Positions 40,430 to 53,681 of a DNA stretch of 64,000 bases are shown one piece after another (position 1 is the stretch's first letter; the number at the start of each line of letters is the position of its first letter). Both the position numbers and the translations under genes were made by a program. The DNA is from Chara braunii (lineage: Eukaryota > Plantae > Charophyceae), in NCBI GenBank assembly GCA_003427395.1, contig BFEA01000017.1, forward strand, positions 1,595,868-1,659,867, written 5' to 3'. Under the pieces are notes generated by a model, which worked only from the letters and a program-made list of their open reading frames with translations, was not told where the DNA came from and made no database searches.

Positions 40430-41267
40430 AGCAAGCATCCAGTGCACACGCAAGAAAAGCAGATAGATCGACAGCAGGGCAAGGGAGCCAAGTGGGAGGG
40501 AGGCAGGAAATTCAATGCAATACAAGACAAGCATGCATGGTGAGAAGTTGCGAATCATCGGCCAGGCAGTCTAACAAATACGTTAAACACGATGCGCAGT
40601 GAATTAACACGTTTGCACACCTGGTCCACAGGAAGAACTCTGGAAATAGTAAGTTCACTTAACCATCAGGAGTCAGAGAGTACCTTTGGTGAAAGTCTGT
40701 CACCACCAGGGAACACAGAGACACAGGCATCATGAATATAGAAGCCCCACACTATTTGGCACACCTCAAAGGTGTGCGTGTGTGTGGATATTACGTAGCA
40801 TCAAACTTCCGCGACGTGTCGTGGCATGTTGTGTCAAAAGTATGGTAACCCTTGAAAATGAGCCCGCAGCCTGGTATGTCCATGAAATGGCATGAAACAA
40901 GCGCACATAAAGTCATGCACTTGCCATAAAAGCAACTAATCACAAAGCAAAAACAAAAAGCCAAACAGCAGCAAGCCAAAAGGCAGAAAGGCAAAGGCAG
41001 CAATGCACAAAAGACGGTAAAGCAAAGGGGGGAAAGCAACAAGGCATAGGACGAGCAGCGGGCAGCAAGGGACACAGGCTGGAGGGCATGGGGGAGGCGA
41101 GTGGGCAAACACAGCACAAGGCAGTGAGGCACAAAAGACAGCCCAACAAAAGACACAGGCTGGACGGAACGGGGGAGGTGGGTGGGCAGACAAACACCAC
41201 AAGCCAGCAAGCCGAAAATGAAAGAGCGAAAAAAAAAAAAAAAAAAAAAAAAAAAACAGATGATGAA

Positions 41268-41323
41268 AGATTATTTCATCGGAGTTGCACCGACTCGTCA
41301 GGAGGCTGAACCCTCGACAATCT
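41268..41323 (-). ncRNA. Type III hammerhead ribozyme, intact catalytic core
   Basis: Minus strand: AGAUUGUC / GAGG-GUUCAG-CCUC / CUGACGA / GUCGG-UGCAACU-CCGAU / GAAA / UAAUCU. All three stems pair; predicted GUC cleavage lies between 41316 and 41315. Confidence 0.88.
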
Positions 41324-42144
41324 CCGGGATCTCCATATAGCATAATAGCAGGCAATGGCTCAGTGAAGCACGAGGCGACGCTGCAGGGGCAACTCAACTG
41401 CAAAGCGTCAAAGCGAACTGCATAGATCAACACGGCAAGCGGACAGGCAGCAAAGCAACCGCACAACGACAAGCAACAGCACCACGACACGCAGCAGAAC
41501 TGCAGCACTGGCAAAACTGCACATCACACAAGCAAAATGCACAGGAGGATGGGGTACGCAGATGGACAATAAGTCAACAGCGGAACGACGCACAGGGCAA
41601 AACTGGCAACACAGCCAAACTACACAACAACACACCAACTGCAAAGAACGACGTGAGAAGCAAGCGGGATGGGCAGCAAGGCAGCTGCGGAGCATAGACA
41701 AGGCAGTCCACACAGCCGATGAGGAGCAACGCCATCAAAGACCGACTTACACCAGAAGTAGAGCCACGCAGACTGTCGGTCCCCACCACCCGTTGACCCA
41801 GGAAGCCACCCTCGACGGACACCTACCATCAGTCATAGACTCATAGACCATATCCACCACAGGCATTGCATGCAGCGCATCTCCCCTAGGAGGCTAGGAG
41901 TCCTGCAGGCACCTCAGACAACCGACCACTGACTATTTAGCACTTCTTAAAGGTGCTCACCTCGACCCACAGAAAGAGAGAGAGCAAGAGAAAGGAAAAA
42001 CATAGATACAGAAACATGATTGTGTGCGTGTGTGTGTTTGTATGAGCGTGTGCATGTGCGTGTGTTTGGGGGGGAGTAGACCTCCGTGACAGTATTGCGG
42101 CTGCAACCTGCATGTTGCATCAAAAAGTACGTCAAAGAAATAAC

Positions 42145-43001
42145 CATGGCAACCGGCTGGACGTCTGGACCAGAATCCAGACGGTCCGGTTGTCTGGGTC
42201 TGGGTCCGGTGTCTGGTCCGGTAGGTCTGGATTGGGCCCAATTTTGAAATATTCGAAATTTTTTTGGGGGGGGCCTAGGACGTTTTCCGGTCCTAGTCTG
42301 CCCCCAGAAAATGCCCCCGGTATTTTTTGGCCGTTTCAGGGCCTACCGGACACAGCCAGACTCTTCCAACAGCTCCCTCTGCTGTTGTACTCCACTGGTA
42401 GTTCATCGGATGAGGACGAGTCTGATACTCTGATTCCAAAAATGAAGCGCTGGCTGCAAAGCGCCACAGAACATCAAGCNNNNNNNNNNNNNNNNNNNNN
42501 NNNNNNNNNNNNNNNNNNNNNNNNNNNNNNNNNNNNNNNNNNNNNNNNNNNNNNNNNNNNNNNNNNNNNNNNNNNNNNNNNNNNNNNNNNNNNNNNNNNN
42601 NNNNNNNNNNNNNNNNNNNNNNNNNNNNNNNNNNNNNNNNNNNNNNNNNNNNNNNNNNNNNNNNNNNNNNNNNNNNNNNNNNNNNNNNNNNNNNNNTAGT
42701 GTTGTGTGTGCCTTTGTGAATGTCTGTGACAGTATTGACTCTATTGAGCTGTCAAGTTGTGAATAGTCAAAGACAGTAAGCTGTGGTTAGTACCGCTTAT
42801 TACTAATGCTTTTTTTTTTCTTTTTTTCTTTTTTTGTTCAGTCCGGACATTTTTGTGTCTGCTGTACCCGTCCAGACGGTCCGGGTCCGGTCATGTCCAG
42901 TTGTCCGGTGCCTGTCCGGAATACCGGACGTCTGGACCAGTCCAGACAAATGTATGGGCCTCAGTCCAGACATGTCCGGGTCCGGGTCCGCGGTTGCCAT
43001 G
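42145..43001. mobile_element. hAT-like non-autonomous element (contains an N-gap)
   Basis: TIR CATGGCAACCG...CGGTTGCCATG, 8-bp TSD GAAATAAC (42137-42144 and 43002-43009), subterminal GTCCGG/GTCTGG repeats. Confidence 0.9.
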
Positions 43002-43179
43002 GAAATAACACTCCTTAAAAGGGATTGCAGCCAGGTTTGCCTAAGGAAGGAATGCAAACATGCAAAGGCCACGAAGTGCAGAAGAATAAACGACAGGAAA
43101 AAGTACAAAGTAAAGAAACTTTAATTTGTCTTTTTTTTTAAAAACAAAGCAAAAAGAAAAGAAAAAAAACTATGACGAC

Positions 43180-43235
43180 AGACTGATTCGTCGAACTTGC
43201 ACCAACTCATCAAGAGGCTGAATCCTCGACAATTT
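43180..43235 (-). ncRNA. Type III hammerhead ribozyme copy, core mutated
   Basis: AAAUUGUC GAGG AUUCAG CCUC UUGAUGA GUUGG UGCAAGU UCGAC GAAU CAGUCU; C3>U and A15.1>U. Confidence 0.75.
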
Positions 43236-43916
43236 GTGGAATCCCCTTATTCATATTTTGACTCATGAACTCTTTTAACCCCTGTTGTAACCGAACCACT
43301 AGCCGCACAAGCAGCAAGGCAAGGGCGAGGCAACAAGGTGATGGGCGGCAAGCAGCAGCAAGGTACATACTAGACTGAAGGGTCACTGAGGGAGAGGTGG
43401 GTGGGCAGACAAACAACAAGGCAAGCAGTAAGGCAGCAATATGAGCAGCAGGCCATAAGGGGATGCAACAGAGCAAGGCTATAAGGAAGACGAATGACTA
43501 AACAAGCATTACGACCCATTGAGCAGCGGCCAACCAAGCAGTAGGGCAAGAAGGCAATCAGGCAACACAGCAGCAAGGCACAAAGCAGCGAGGCAGCGAG
43601 GCAAATGGCAGTCAAACGACAAGACAAGCATCATGGAAAGACACGGCCAGCAGCACGGAAAAAGACTAGTGCACAAGTGGATGAAAAAAAAGGCTGGGAG
43701 TCGGCACAGGCAAAGCAGTCGACGCAACCAACACAGTTCAAAGCAGATTCATACAGAGCTCATCACCTAGTACTCACATCACACATAGAACTGTTTTTGG
43801 CTGTGTTGCCTGCTTTATCTGTGATGACAATGCAGTCCTCACCTCCCTCGGAGCCAGCAACCCGCTTTGAGGGGAACGTCTGTCATCACCCAAGGAACTT
43901 GCGGATACGGACATCC

Positions 43917-43985
<69 letters not shown>

Positions 43986-46397
43986 CGTGTGTCCGTGTGT
44001 GTGCGTGTGTGTTGAGATGTGTGTGTATACACACATGTATAGGTTATCCTTAACGCGATACATCGCGTTCACCATCCATGCAGTCACTATCAGACTATTC
44101 CGCAAGTAATCACAACAGGGGTAGGGAGTTTGGATACGTCGGTAGCCAGGCACAGCCATACTTCGGAATTTCCGCTGATATCAACTAGATTCTGTAAGCA
44201 CACAATATTTCAGAGGAACCGCGAAGTAGGTGAGCGAAGAAGGGGAGGGGGAAGACAACAGGGGGAAGAAAAAAGGGAAAGGAAAGAGGATCGCGAAACG
44301 AGGATGTACTTCGTTTATGGACTTCATGCAAATGCTCCTCAAAGCAAGCCATGTTCAGTCACAAATCGATACGACAATCAAAGATTATTTTGCCCATTTT
44401 TCAAAGAAGCGAAGGGACCTGCCTAATAGCATTATTACTGATCACACCAAACGTTAGTTCGTCACACCATGCAAAAAGGAGAAAGGAAGGACTTCTGGCT
44501 GAATCCCAAATGCTCGTGTTTATTAGCGCTGCTCCTTCCCCAAGGATACCGAATCAGCAGAACCATCAGTCTCTCTTTCATTCGAACAAGTACACTCAGC
44601 AAAACAACATGATCCCCAAAACTACTACATACTAATCACCAGGTCTTCATGTCTCCAGGTCTTCTTTATCAGCGACGAACTTGGGTAGCACCTTCCTCCT
44701 TCCCCATACTAATATGCTCACGGACGGAAGTTCGAGCACCACGGTGTAGCCTCACTCGCAATTATTCCTACCAACAACCGATCCCCCCTGGACCCTAGAT
44801 TACTTGTCAATCGTTGAGTACGCAATCCTCACACATTTGTTCCTCCGAAGAGAGTATGATCACCACGGTAGAGTCGTGCCCCCTACTATTCCCAACACCA
44901 ATCGATCAATCCATAGATATGTATGAACTGCCAAGCATCGAGCATGCACCCCATGCCATCCTCCCAGCCAAACGTTTCATCAGAGCGCTCAACAATTAGA
45001 AACGATCGAGTGGCACCCGATCGCACATAGTACTCCGAGGATTTCACGCAGCGAGCTACTAATACGGATTCGTCACGACCCTCAATCCAACCCGACGCTT
45101 CAGATCTTTATCTTCATACAGAGGAGACCGCTTTAATCCACAGCGCACTTTCAGCGGCAGCATCCTTGTGTGACAACTTTGACAGAACAGTCGCACATCC
45201 ACCCACATCAAGACGCAGAATCCTAATCAATTGGACGAGTCTTCAGAGCGCAGTTCCTAGCATTAGCACACAGGGACCATCACAAATACAGGGATCCGAT
45301 GGAACGGAGGTAAGTACATGTGGATGATTCATGTGAGATCCAGTCAAACTATGATTAACACCCCTTATAACTTCCGACAGCCAAGATTACCACATAAAGG
45401 GTAGGCTGAGGATGCAAGATTTGTAGATGACAAAGCTAGGGACTGTGGCATATTCCCTTAAACATGTTTTTCGCCATGTAGCCATGTAATAGCTCATCAG
45501 AGGGATTAGAATAGCATTTGCAAATACAATCGCATAGCGAAGTTTCCTTAGGGGCAAGTATACCACACTCATGAAAAAATGGAGAAGGGAGAGGGAGAGG
45601 GGAGGGTATGGGATTGGGAGTATTGAAGACCGAGATACATCACCTCTTGCGGCACATCTTCATCATTCTCGCCAGTAGGCTGTTGCGCGAGCATCTCGTC
45701 AATATCATAGGGGTATTCCATCATGTGACCTTTTCAATCTCTACCTAAACTGATCTTTGGTCTGCACGAGATAGCGATCCCGAGCGGAAAGATGGAGATT
45801 TGAAGCGGGAAGGAGATGGCGAGGGCAATTGAGTATGGAGTGCCGCGTGGGGGAAGATAGGCAGTGAGTCTCACCGAAAAAGAAGGCGTGAGTGCGAGGA
45901 GCGGGGAGAAGGAAACAACTGTCATGGATTCCGAATCAGGCAGCGTGACAAGGTAGCAAACCGCATCAGGCAGTCAAGCGGTACTCGCATAACACGCAGT
46001 ATCGATCGCATGTGGAGTCGATACGCGAGATATACGAGAAACCGGTCAAAAAACGCTGGAGAGTTCGTGAGGGATAATACCAGGATCGGGAATTCATAAA
46101 TAGGGCCGACTATCTTGGTTCAGCCGGCATTTTCCTGGTTCCTCAAAAAATGGGCGCGGTGTCTCAAAAGGACTCAGAAGTAAGTGGCTCCTGGGCGAGA
46201 GATCTTATTCGTCCTATGCTCATTTTTATTTTTTTTTCATGTTTTCTTTTTTTTCTTTTTCTCACCTTTAGCAATCTGAGCCCAGTCGTATGTATGGGTG
46301 GGGTTTCACACTATGGGCTAACCCTTAGGAAACGTTCTTTTCGAAGCAGGGTAGGGCCTATTACTTCTGGGGAGGGCCGCCTGGTGAGCATATACCC

Positions 46398-46477
<80 letters not shown>

Positions 46478-46634
46478 GCGAAATCCCAGAGTATGCTATG
46501 TCACTCCACAAATTTGAAGGTATGTCGTATACCAGATCAGACCATAATGAACCCAACCTTGCATGCTCCTATGAGCCAACGACTAGAAAGAAACAAAGAC
46601 AGGCAACACCAAGGATACACAGAAAAGTAGTTAT

Positions 46635-46690
46635 AGACAGTTTCGTTGGACTCGCACCACCTCATAAGGAGGCTGAACCCTCGACGGTCT
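46635..46690 (-). ncRNA. Type III hammerhead ribozyme copy, core mutated
   Basis: AGACCGUC GAGG GUUCAG CCUC CUUAUGA GGUGG UGCGAGU CCAAC GAAA CUGUCU; G5>U. Confidence 0.78.
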
Positions 46691-46837
46691 GCAGGGCCTC
46701 CTCATAAGTTAACGGGTCTGAGTCATAACCAGCTTCAAACCAAGCATCCCCAAGCTGTTTTAATTTGAGTAATTACACCTCATGTTCCCGACGAATCGCA
46801 TGATTCGCATCATATTTGAAGTTTCCATTTTTATCTC

Positions 46838-49400
46838 TTTTTTTTTTTTTTTTTTTTTTTTTGAANAACCCAATCAGGTGCTAGATGTGCTGATGAGAGC
46901 AGACACCTCTAGCACCGGCGGGGAGGCTCCATCTATTGGTGGGGAGCGTCACCTGCTGGGAACCGGGCCCAGCGTCCCATTGGATACATCATTGTGTCAC
47001 CATGTTTATTGGGCTTATGGCCATTACAGTTCTTGCTCCGGAGCATCCTACTTTCCCTCTGGGCTGCATATGTTACCCTTCCAATTTGCTGAGCTCCTGC
47101 TACCCTGTGGCCTAGCCTCACCCAGGATGGTGTCCACCGTGCTTTGATATCTACAGTCCTCTTACTACCAGTGGCAGAACTCCTATCCTCGGTGATTGCA
47201 GGCCCCCTGCTGTTGCACAACAGTTCTAATTACCCCCCATTACCCAGCTGTAGATTACGCTATGCTTCATACCTACCTGAAGGATGTTTCAGACCCGTAA
47301 TCCCATGGAAGCAGCTGATGTGTGTTTCTAGTTGCCCCCCATTACTCATTACGCAGCTGTACTCCCAGGTCCAACGGCGCTGTAGCACACCTGGCAACTG
47401 GTCTTGTCCTTGTTTTGTCGAAGAGGAGGGCGAGGGTCGTGGCTGCTGCTCCTGTGGAGCACCCCTGTCCTTTCCTGGTATCGATGTGTTGTCATTTGCT
47501 GTCATGTGCTTGGTCCTGTTCTGTGGAGACCCTGGGGAGTCGCTGACTTCGCTCCTGCTCTCTCCATTTCCCCGTTCCTCTTCTCCAGTGCTGTATCTTG
47601 TGTGACCTCTGCTATCTGATGGCTGCAAACTGTCACCCTGAACTGCCGTCCTCAGTCTCACTTTTCCCAGAATGTAGGGAATAAGGTGTCGAAGGGAGGG
47701 GGGATGGGGGAGGCAGGAGGAGGGATGGGAGTTGGGGGGGTGCGGGAGGGGGCTGCTGAGGGAGGGTGGAGTGGGCTGGGAAGATGGGGACTGAGCTTCA
47801 GCCCAGGAGGTGCGCCTGTCGGGGCCCAAGCAGGGGGCGATCCCAGGATTGTCATGCCACCAACACGAAGTTAGGTTGCAGGTAGGGGACCTGGAAACTA
47901 TGGTAGGGTCTCCTTTGCCAAGATGACTCTGAGCTTCGCCAGTGTTTCCACCGGATGTTGAGGTTGGCGTCCAGATCAGAGAATCTTCTGTGCGGGTCCT
48001 TGCCAAGTCTGGAGGTAGGCTTCCTTAAGGATTGCTTTGACCGTGTGATCATTTTCCTCCCGATAACTCCATATGAACTTTTTCCAAGCAGCTTGGGTGT
48101 GGGATCTGATATCCTCTTCTATCACTTGTTGGGCTTGTATCAACCCAAACTGATGGTCTTTTCTTTCGAAAGCACATCTGGCTCTCCAGGCCAGCATAAG
48201 GACCTGCAATCTCATATAAGAGAATAGGTTGGTTGCATAAGGAGACCATTGTGATTGCGAGGGGTGTTTTTTCCCAAGCAGCAGCAAACCCAGATCCCAC
48301 AGGATATACAGACCCGTGAGGGAGTGGAAGGCAGCGTCCCACCACTGCCATAGTTGGGTGACCATGGGGCAAGCGAGCAGGCAGTGTTCCAGCGTGGCCC
48401 GAGCCGGCGGTGATGATCTGCCACAGTAGGTACAAATGGGTGACAGCAGCCCTCTTTGTTCCAGGTCCGTTCGCGAAACCAACCAATCAGGGGTAGGCAG
48501 GCAGCGGTGCAGGATCTGCCATTGGAGGGCTCTTTGGCTGGTGGGCATGATTTTGACACAATCGGCCCATGGTGGGTTGTCCATCGACCCCGGCTGTAGA
48601 GGAGAGTCGCGTTCCCATCTTGTCAGTAGTGTTTGGTTTATTGTGGATGTGGGGCACGAGGTTCTGTATCCTCCTTTGACCGTGTAGTCCCATATATGCA
48701 TGGTTTTCACTCCTGGCCATTCCCATTCCGCCGGGTCGAAAGGCAGCATGGCGACTGGAATTGAGGATTCATATACAAAGAGCGCTTCATGGGGGTCCCC
48801 TACCACACGCACATGCATCAGTCCCACCCAATGTTCTGTCTCGTCTAGGTCCTCATTCCTCGCGAGTTTAGAGAACCTGGCGCCTAGTTCGTGGGGGACA
48901 TATGCTTCCAATGAGCAGCTGCCATTGTCGTTTTTGTGGATTCTATATATGGTCGGTGGCCTAGGAAGGTCTGCATATTTAATAACCCAGTCGTCCTGCC
49001 GGAACATCGGGCCAGCTTGGAGGGTGAGCCTCCAGGCTAGGGGAAGGGCCTCCTTGATCTTCTGCAACCTGTCTCCTACATTCCTTGCACGTTTGAGCCT
49101 ATACCCTTCAAAAAACACAAGTCCCATTGGTCGAAAAGAATCAGAGACTTTTTGGCTTTCTGAGGAGACAGAGCACTTTTGTTTCCCCCTTGTTTTTTTG
49201 AAAAGGGTGATCATGGCCTTGAGATATCATTGTCGAACTGACCGGACCCAGGGAATTGGGAATAAGACTAATCAGTTGATTTCGTCATCCATCTGGTTCC
49301 ACCAGAACTGGAACACAGGTGTGTATTTCAACAGTTCATGGGTGTACCAACTGAGCAAGGGCAGTTGGTACTTTCTGTCAGTTTCTGAGCATTTTTTCTG
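46838..49400 (-). mobile_element. 5'-truncated L1/Tx1-like LINE (ORF2 C-terminus, 3' UTR, poly(A))
   Basis: 412-aa ORF with zf-RVT-like motif (WQILHRCLPT...CTYCG...TLEHCLLACP), a hairpin-rich 3' tail at 46876-46979 and a poly(T) run on + at 46838-46862. Confidence 0.85.
47976..49214 (-). pseudogene. LINE ORF2 C-terminal fragment with CCHC zinc-binding region
   Basis: YTVKGGY, LQWQILHRCLPT, CxxC...EHCLLAC, WRAR motifs typical of L1-clade ORF2 ends. Confidence 0.88.
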
Positions 49401-50326
49401 AATTTTTCATGTTCGTTTAAGATAAATAACAGAGGCATGTGCGAACTCTGCAAATGGGCAAAACGTTGTAAGGCATGCAGAGCAGCATGTGACACACGGA
49501 GGCAGAAAGGCAAGCATATGGGCACACAACAACACAGCTCAGCATTCAGCATGGTATGCATTAGACAGCATATAACAAGGGTTACAACTTGAAGGCAACA
49601 AAGTAGCAGGGCAAGGCGCAGAGCAGCACAGCACCAAGGCAAGAGAACAACAAAGCAGCAAGGCAACAAGGCAGTGAGAAAGCAAGGCATCAAGGCATCA
49701 AGGCAGCGAGGCATCAAAGCAGCAAACGAACAAGGCAGCAAGGCAAACAGTAGGGCAGCGCAGCGAGCGGCAAGGGATTAATGCAGCAAGGCAAGAAAAC
49801 CAGCAAAGGCAGCACAGTGAGCAATAAGGGAACAGGGCACTGAACAGTATGGCTAGCAGGTGGTAGGCAGGTGGCACACCAACCAGCAAGAGACATAGCA
49901 ACTCAGGAACCCACGGACAGTACCCTGTTCACATCATACGGAAAACCCAGCAGATTGGAGGTTGATGCTACTGGTTTTTCAAAAAAAAAAAAAAAAAAAA
50001 AAGCGGTTGATGGCACCATCAAGACCCACTAAGTCACCCGACAACTGTCTGTCACCAGCTGACGATACAGAGAAACAGGCATCCAAAACACAGCCACCCG
50101 CTTCACAGTTATGCAGGCACTTTGTACAAACAGTCACCGACCATTTGGCACAACCTAAAGGTACAGTAACTACAATTCTATACTTAGAAATCACGCAGGA
50201 AAAGGCCAAACCACATAGCAAGTAGACAACAACATAAAGAAAACTCTTTGGAGAACAAGAAAAAGGATTTATAATGATGACCATCATGATGATAACAATA
50301 ACAACAGTCATAATAATAATGATATC

Positions 50327-50416
<90 letters not shown>

Positions 50417-50613
50417 NNNNNNNNNNNNNNNNNNNNNNNNNNNNNNNNNNNNNNNNNNNNNNNNNNNNNNNNNNNNNNNNNNNNNNNNNNNNNNNNNNNN
50501 NNNNNNNNNNNNNNNNNNNNNNNNNNNNNNNNNNNNNNNNNNNNNNNNNNNNNNNNNNNNNNNNNNNNNNNNNNNNNNNNNNNNNNNNNNNNNNNNNCTT
50601 TGCAACGCTGTCT

Positions 50614-50654
<41 letters not shown>

Positions 50655-51824
50655 TTGCCCGGATTCCCTGAAATGTCTAAGTCTGGTCCGAAAAGTTGTA
50701 CAGCAACAAGGCCCCGGTTAACGACGCTCGCCATTTCTGGCCATTGGTTTACGGCACCATTTCTTAATCCATCCAAGTGGGACTTCGCCCCTGATGACTG
50801 GTCACTAAAGGAGAATCCTCGTGGATAGTACCTCACCTCTGGAACTAACTGACATTTCCCTTTTGACTCTTTTTCTTTCATATCCTTGTTCTTTTCTGTC
50901 CTGGCAAGAATAGTCCAGTTTCCCTCCAAGAGGCTACCTTTCCCTTCTGCCGGTCTATGTAGATGGGAACCTAACACGTGTTCCATTCTCCCTTGCTGTC
51001 ACCGAAAGGATAACGACATTTCCCTGTCCTGGAGTGTGAAAGAAAAGAAATATTACCTTCAAGTTTCCCTTCTGGCTGTCTATATATGGTAGCGTAACAC
51101 GTGTTCCTAGCCAGATCCTGGGAGGACACTTAGGGCCGACGGAAACGTGTGTTATGGCACTGCTGAGGAAGAACGAACCTGGTCACGAAACTATCCACAG
51201 CCATGCTAACCACAGACCGACATATGGACAGCTGGACCTCGCATTTGGTCTCACCAGAAGCACAGATGGGTCTGACACGAACATCTATTCCTGCTACCGG
51301 GTCTTCGCCCGAATAGAACGTCTGGTAATTATTGCCGTACGTCGACAGAAAGCTACACTAAGTACAGATATAATGACCAGGCGTTCTATTTGAGAGAAGA
51401 GGGCAGTCGCACGACTTGCTGATTTGTCAAGGTTATATCCCTGTCATCCGGGGGGAAGTCCCACTTGCATGGATTAAGAAATGCAAGCCGTAGATCATGA
51501 AAGTCATCTATGGACCTTATTATCTCTTAATCTATGCAAGTGGGATCCTGTCTCGGGAGTTTTCTGTCTTAGGAGAGACACCCCAATGATTGGCACCCAC
51601 ACATGGAAATTATTATGACATCATGATACTACAAGAAAAAACAAAAGCACCTGCAGTATAGACTGTACACTTCAGTGTATAGCACTTCAGGGCAAAGAGC
51701 AAATTGAATACTATTAATAAATCTTCGAACACTGGACTGAATGCCATCATTGCACATCCAATGTGTTAGGAAGTCTGAGAACGTGAAGCACGGCGCCAAA
51801 TTATTTCCTTGAATAATCACCTAG

Positions 51825-52550
51825 ATTTAGAATGTTTACAGTAAAAAGTTACTAACTTAAAGAACTCCCTTCTCCGGGAGGTCTCCACCTAGTACTAGTC
51901 AATCATGGACTCCGAGGCTATAGTAGGGGATAAACATGTCACATAGTCGTGAATCTTGGGTGCCAAATCAAGTCGGGGTGTAGTTTGTAAAACCATCAGG
52001 TGCAAAAATACTGGTAGATGATTTATAATGTTTAGAGCAAAATGTTACCAACTTAAAGAACCCCCTGGTCCGGGAGGTCTCTCCCTGGTACTAGTAAATC
52101 ATGGAGGCTATATAAGCGGATACAATGTCACATAGTCGTGATTTTGGGTGCCAAATCCAGTCAGGGTGGAGTTTGTAAGACAATCAGGTGCAATACTGGT
52201 AGATAATTTAGAATGTTTAGAGTAAAAAGTTACTAACTTAAAGAACTCCCTGGTATTAGTCAATCATGGAGGCTATATTAAGGGATATACATGTCACGTA
52301 GCCATGAATTTTGTGTGCCAAATGAAGTCGGGGTGGAGTTTGTAAGACCATTAGGTGCAATACTGGTAGATGATTTATAATGTTTAGAGCAAAAGTTAGT
52401 ACCCCTGGTCCGGGAGGTCTCTCCCTGGTACTAGTCAATCAGGGAGGCTATATTAGGGGATATACATGTCACGTAGTCATGCATGTTTTGTGCCAAATGA
52501 AGTCGGGGTGGAGTTTGTAAAACCATCAGGTGCAATACTGGTAGATAATG
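51825..52550. repeat. Tandem repeat, four diverged ~165-195-bp units
   Basis: Recurring blocks AATGTTTAGAG, CCGGGAGGTCTC, ATGTCACATAGTC, GGAGTTTGTAA, CAGGTGCAATACTGGTAGAT. Confidence 0.92.
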
Positions 52551-52904
52551 TTGTCAACCCTCCCAGTAGGCCTTCCAAAGTTTTAGTCAAAAACTCAAAC
52601 CTGATTATCTATCATGTCTGCTGATTATGTTGGGACGTTGGACCCGATTTCCAGCAGGTGTTGCTCCCCACCAATAGACTGGAGCCTTCTACATGTGTGT
52701 GTGTGTGAGGGGGGGGGGGACCCGTATCATAATGGTCTCTTTTCTCGTTTTTGTCCCTCTTTGTTTTGGTGTTGTGACACTGTTGTCCCTTCGTTTTGCA
52801 AGATCCTACTGACCAATGCTTTGTTTTTGAACGTTTTTCTTTTTTTTTTGTCAAACGAAAGTGTCCGGCTCACCACACCTTATCATATTTTTTATTTTTT
52901 TTAA

Positions 52905-53095
52905 AGATAGACTGCCTTGAGATATCCTCTTTGAAGTGACCGGCCCCAGGTAATTCAAAATGATGTTATTTGGTTCGTCTGACGGTAGAATGATGTTATT
53001 CGGTTTGTCTGACAGTATCTCGATTCGAACTTGGGTCTGCATTTCAACAGTTCATGGGACCGGTGTATGAACTGAGCTATGCCCGTTGGTGCCGC
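52905..53095 (-). mobile_element. Short LINE ORF2 fragment related to 49210-49370
   Basis: Shares GCCTTGAGATATC, TGACCGG and ATTTCAACAGTTCATGGG...AACTGAGC...GTTGGT with the 49.2-49.4 kb LINE segment. Confidence 0.7.
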
Positions 53096-53681
53096 ACCTT
53101 ATCATGAGAGTTCTCATGAAGAAAATATTACGTTGTCGACTACAGAAATAAAAGGGGCATTGCCAAGTACTTTCAACTCACACCCCATGCTGAGAATAGG
53201 CACCTTTAGCAGTTTTTAAAAAATGGGGAAAAAAATTGAAAAAAACAAAAGGTAACCCTAAAAGGCCAAAAGTGCATTCACTACAGCGGCTAATGACTGG
53301 CGCAGTTTTAAACCAACGCTAAACTTGCACATTTTCAAACTCACAAATAAATGTCACACTACCTATTAACCTCTTATCTAAGTCTAGTTTTTTGTCAATC
53401 GTTGCAGTTTGTCTTGTCTTTTATGTTTTCTCAAACTAAGCTATGATTATACTGCCGTATTCTTCACTCATAAATGCCACACTACCTAACCTCTTATCTA
53501 AGTCCAGTGTTTTGCCGATCGTTGTAGTTATGGGTTCACACCGACCTCCACCCGTGTCTAAGCACCTCAGCTTTCTCCCTAACCCCGGGCAATGGATGAC
53601 AAATCCTATCCAGGGGGCCAAGCCGACTATCTCAGCTGGTGAACCCGTAGTGAGCCGCAGAAGGCTATGGGGGCTTGAAAT

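Noticed and set aside
40791-41829. Cys/Leu-rich ORFs as metallothionein-like proteins
   Set aside because: They arise from TGC/CTT-biased low-complexity DNA and are open in multiple frames.
46877-46918. CTGATGAG inside a hairpin on + as a fourth hammerhead
   Set aside because: No stem II or GAAA, and the homologous hairpin at ~60200 lacks the motif.
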